Assembly: GCF_036365525.1 (NCBI RefSeq)
Contig: NW_027140807.1
Location: forward strand, 1,116,001-1,180,000
Length of the DNA stretch: 64,000 nucleotides
Direction of reading: 5' to 3'
From: Heterodontus francisci
Taxonomy: Eukaryota
Part shown: piece after piece, positions 62,210-64,000 of the stretch
Numbering within the stretch: position 1 is the first letter of the stretch
Layout: each line of letters opens with the position of its first letter
Program-made: the position numbers and the translations under genes
The notes under the pieces: generated by a model
Databases searched by the model: none
Told to the model about the DNA's origin: nothing
What the model saw: only the letters and a program-made list of their open reading frames with translations

Positions 62210-64000
62210 GTACCTGTCTTGTGGGGTCATCATCGCAGAATCATGGTATCAGAGACTGGTTACAGCACAGGAAGAGGCCATTGAGCCCATCGTCACCGTG
62301 ACAGCTCTATGCCTGTGCAACTCACCTACTGCCACTCGGGCCATTTCCCCGTCGCACTGCAGATTGTTTCTCCTATGACAATTTTCCAATTCTCTTTTGA
62401 AAGCCTCAATTAAACCTGCCTCCAGCACACTCTCAGGCAGTGCATTTCAGATCCTAACCACACGCTGTGTGAAAAGATTTTCCTGTCTCTGTTGTGACAT
62501 TTACCACTAACCTAAAACCGGTGCCCTCCAGTTCTGGATCCTCGCACCAATGGGACTCAGGGGAGTGGGACATAGTTACTGAGGAGAGAGGGATGCATTG
62601 ACTGAGGGGAGAAGGTTGCACTGACCGAGGGGAGTGGGATATAGTGACTGAGGGAAGTGGGACATAGTGACTGAGGGCAGTGGGATATAGTGAGTGAGGG
62701 GAGAGTGATGTAGTGACTGAGGGAAGTGGGACATAGTGACTGAGGGGAGTGGGATGTAGTGACTGAGGGAAGTTGGACATAGTGATTGAGGGCAGTGGGA
62801 TGTAGTGACTGAGGGGAGTGAGACATAGTGAATGAGGGGAGAGGGATATAGTGACTGTGGGGAGTGGGACAAAGTGACTGAGGGGTGTGGGATATAGTTA
62901 TTGAGGGCAGTAGGACATAGTGATTGAGCGCAGTGGGATATAGTCAGTGAGGGGCGAGGGATATAGTGACTGAGGGGAGTGGGACATAGTGACTGAGGAC
63001 AGTGGGACATAGTGACTGAGGGCTGTGGGATATAGTGACTGAGGGGATTGGGATATAGTCATTCAGGGCAGTGGGACACAGTGACTGAGTGCAATGGTAC
63101 ATAGTGACTGAGGGCAGAGGGACATAGTGACTGAGGTGAGTGGGACATAGTCACTGAGGTGAGTGGGATATAGTCATTGAGGACAGTGGGACATAGTGAC
63201 TGAGGGCAGTGGGATACAGTGAGTGAGGGGAGAGGGATATAGTGACTGTGGGGAGTGGGACAAAGTGACAGAGGGGAGTTGGATTTAGTTACTGAGGGCA
63301 GTAGGACATAGTGATTGCGCGCAGTGGGATATAGTCATTGAGGGGCGAGGGATATAGTGACTGAGGGGAGTGGGATATAGTCATTGAGGGCAGTGGGACA
63401 CAGTGACTGAGGGCAATGGTACATAGTAACTGAGGGCAGTGGGACATCGTGACTGAGGTGAGTGGGACATAGTCACTGAGGTGAGTGGGATATAGTCATT
63501 GAGGACAGTGGGACATAGTGACTGAGGGCAGTGGGACATAGTGACTGAGGGAAGTGTGATATAGTGACTGAGGGCATTAGGACATAGTGACTGAGGGGAG
63601 TGGGATATAGTCATTGAGGGCAGTGGGACATAGTGACTGAAGGCAGTGGGATATAGTGACTGAGGGCTGTGGGACATAGTGATTGAGGGGAGTGGGACAC
63701 AGTCACTGAGGTGAGTGGGATATAGTGACTGATGGGAGAGGGATGCAGTGATTGAGGGCAGTGGGATGTAGTAACTGAGCGGAGTGGGACGTAGTGACTG
63801 AGGGCCGTGGGATATAGTGACTTAGGGCAGTGGGATGCATTGACTTTGCGGAGTGGGATGTGGTAACTGCGGAGAGTGGGATGTAGTGACTGAGGTGAGT
63901 GGGATACAGTGACTGAGGGGAGTGGGATACAGAGACTGAGGGTAGTATGATACAGTGTCTGAGGGGAGTGGGATACAGCAACTGAGGGGAGTGTGATACA
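50484..64000 (+). repeat. Segmental duplicate of the region starting at about 3293 (exons, CR1 cassettes and 23-bp arrays at about 51735, 54290, 56940, 59880, 61130, 62560)
   Basis: Colinear, often near-identical, e.g. 4970-6646 vs 52624-54298 and 9926-11840 vs 57887-59800. Confidence 0.95.
50516..51145 (+). CDS. Copy B D8C domain, three exons
   Basis: ITDSTLTDPCVNHTVLDQPWRSIDCTGTECSGQVKCDDNLAQGWYRFKSSGGWKIPETAVPDFHCSTHVTGWLQGSHPSVEQGEVTRTVCLYWRGNPCHKVHEIKIKNCSSYFVYDLKSSFYCAAYCT; exon lengths 145/77/162, identical to copy A. Confidence 0.92.

Overview
Repeat-rich vertebrate genomic DNA. The HE1-type V-SINEs, Deu-domain SINE, CR1/L2 LINEs and Penelope element point to a cartilaginous fish (shark); this is inferred from repeat recognition only. 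Almost all long ORFs in the supplied track are translations of a 23-bp minisatellite or of LINE debris. The real genes are spliced and are not in the track. (1) Two tandem paralogues about 47.2 kb apart on the + strand: copy A 3325-23456, and copy B from 48556 running past the window end. They encode a predicted secreted protein made of a signal peptide, a uromodulin/GP2/OIT3-type D8C ('decoy module') domain, a stalk of tandemly duplicated 96-nt Ser/Thr/Glu/Pro exons and a short C-terminal domain. I see no ZP module and no TM/GPI anchor. (2) Between them on the - strand lie at least two T-cell-receptor V pseudogenes, each with an intact 23-bp-spacer RSS. One is TRBV30-like (ends YFCAWS). The D8C exons differ strongly between the paralogues. 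Both keep a read-through tail with an overlapping AATAAA, suggesting a short secreted isoform. Copy A has a nonsense codon in one stalk exon. The rest is nested retroelements, several of which have seeded tandem arrays.
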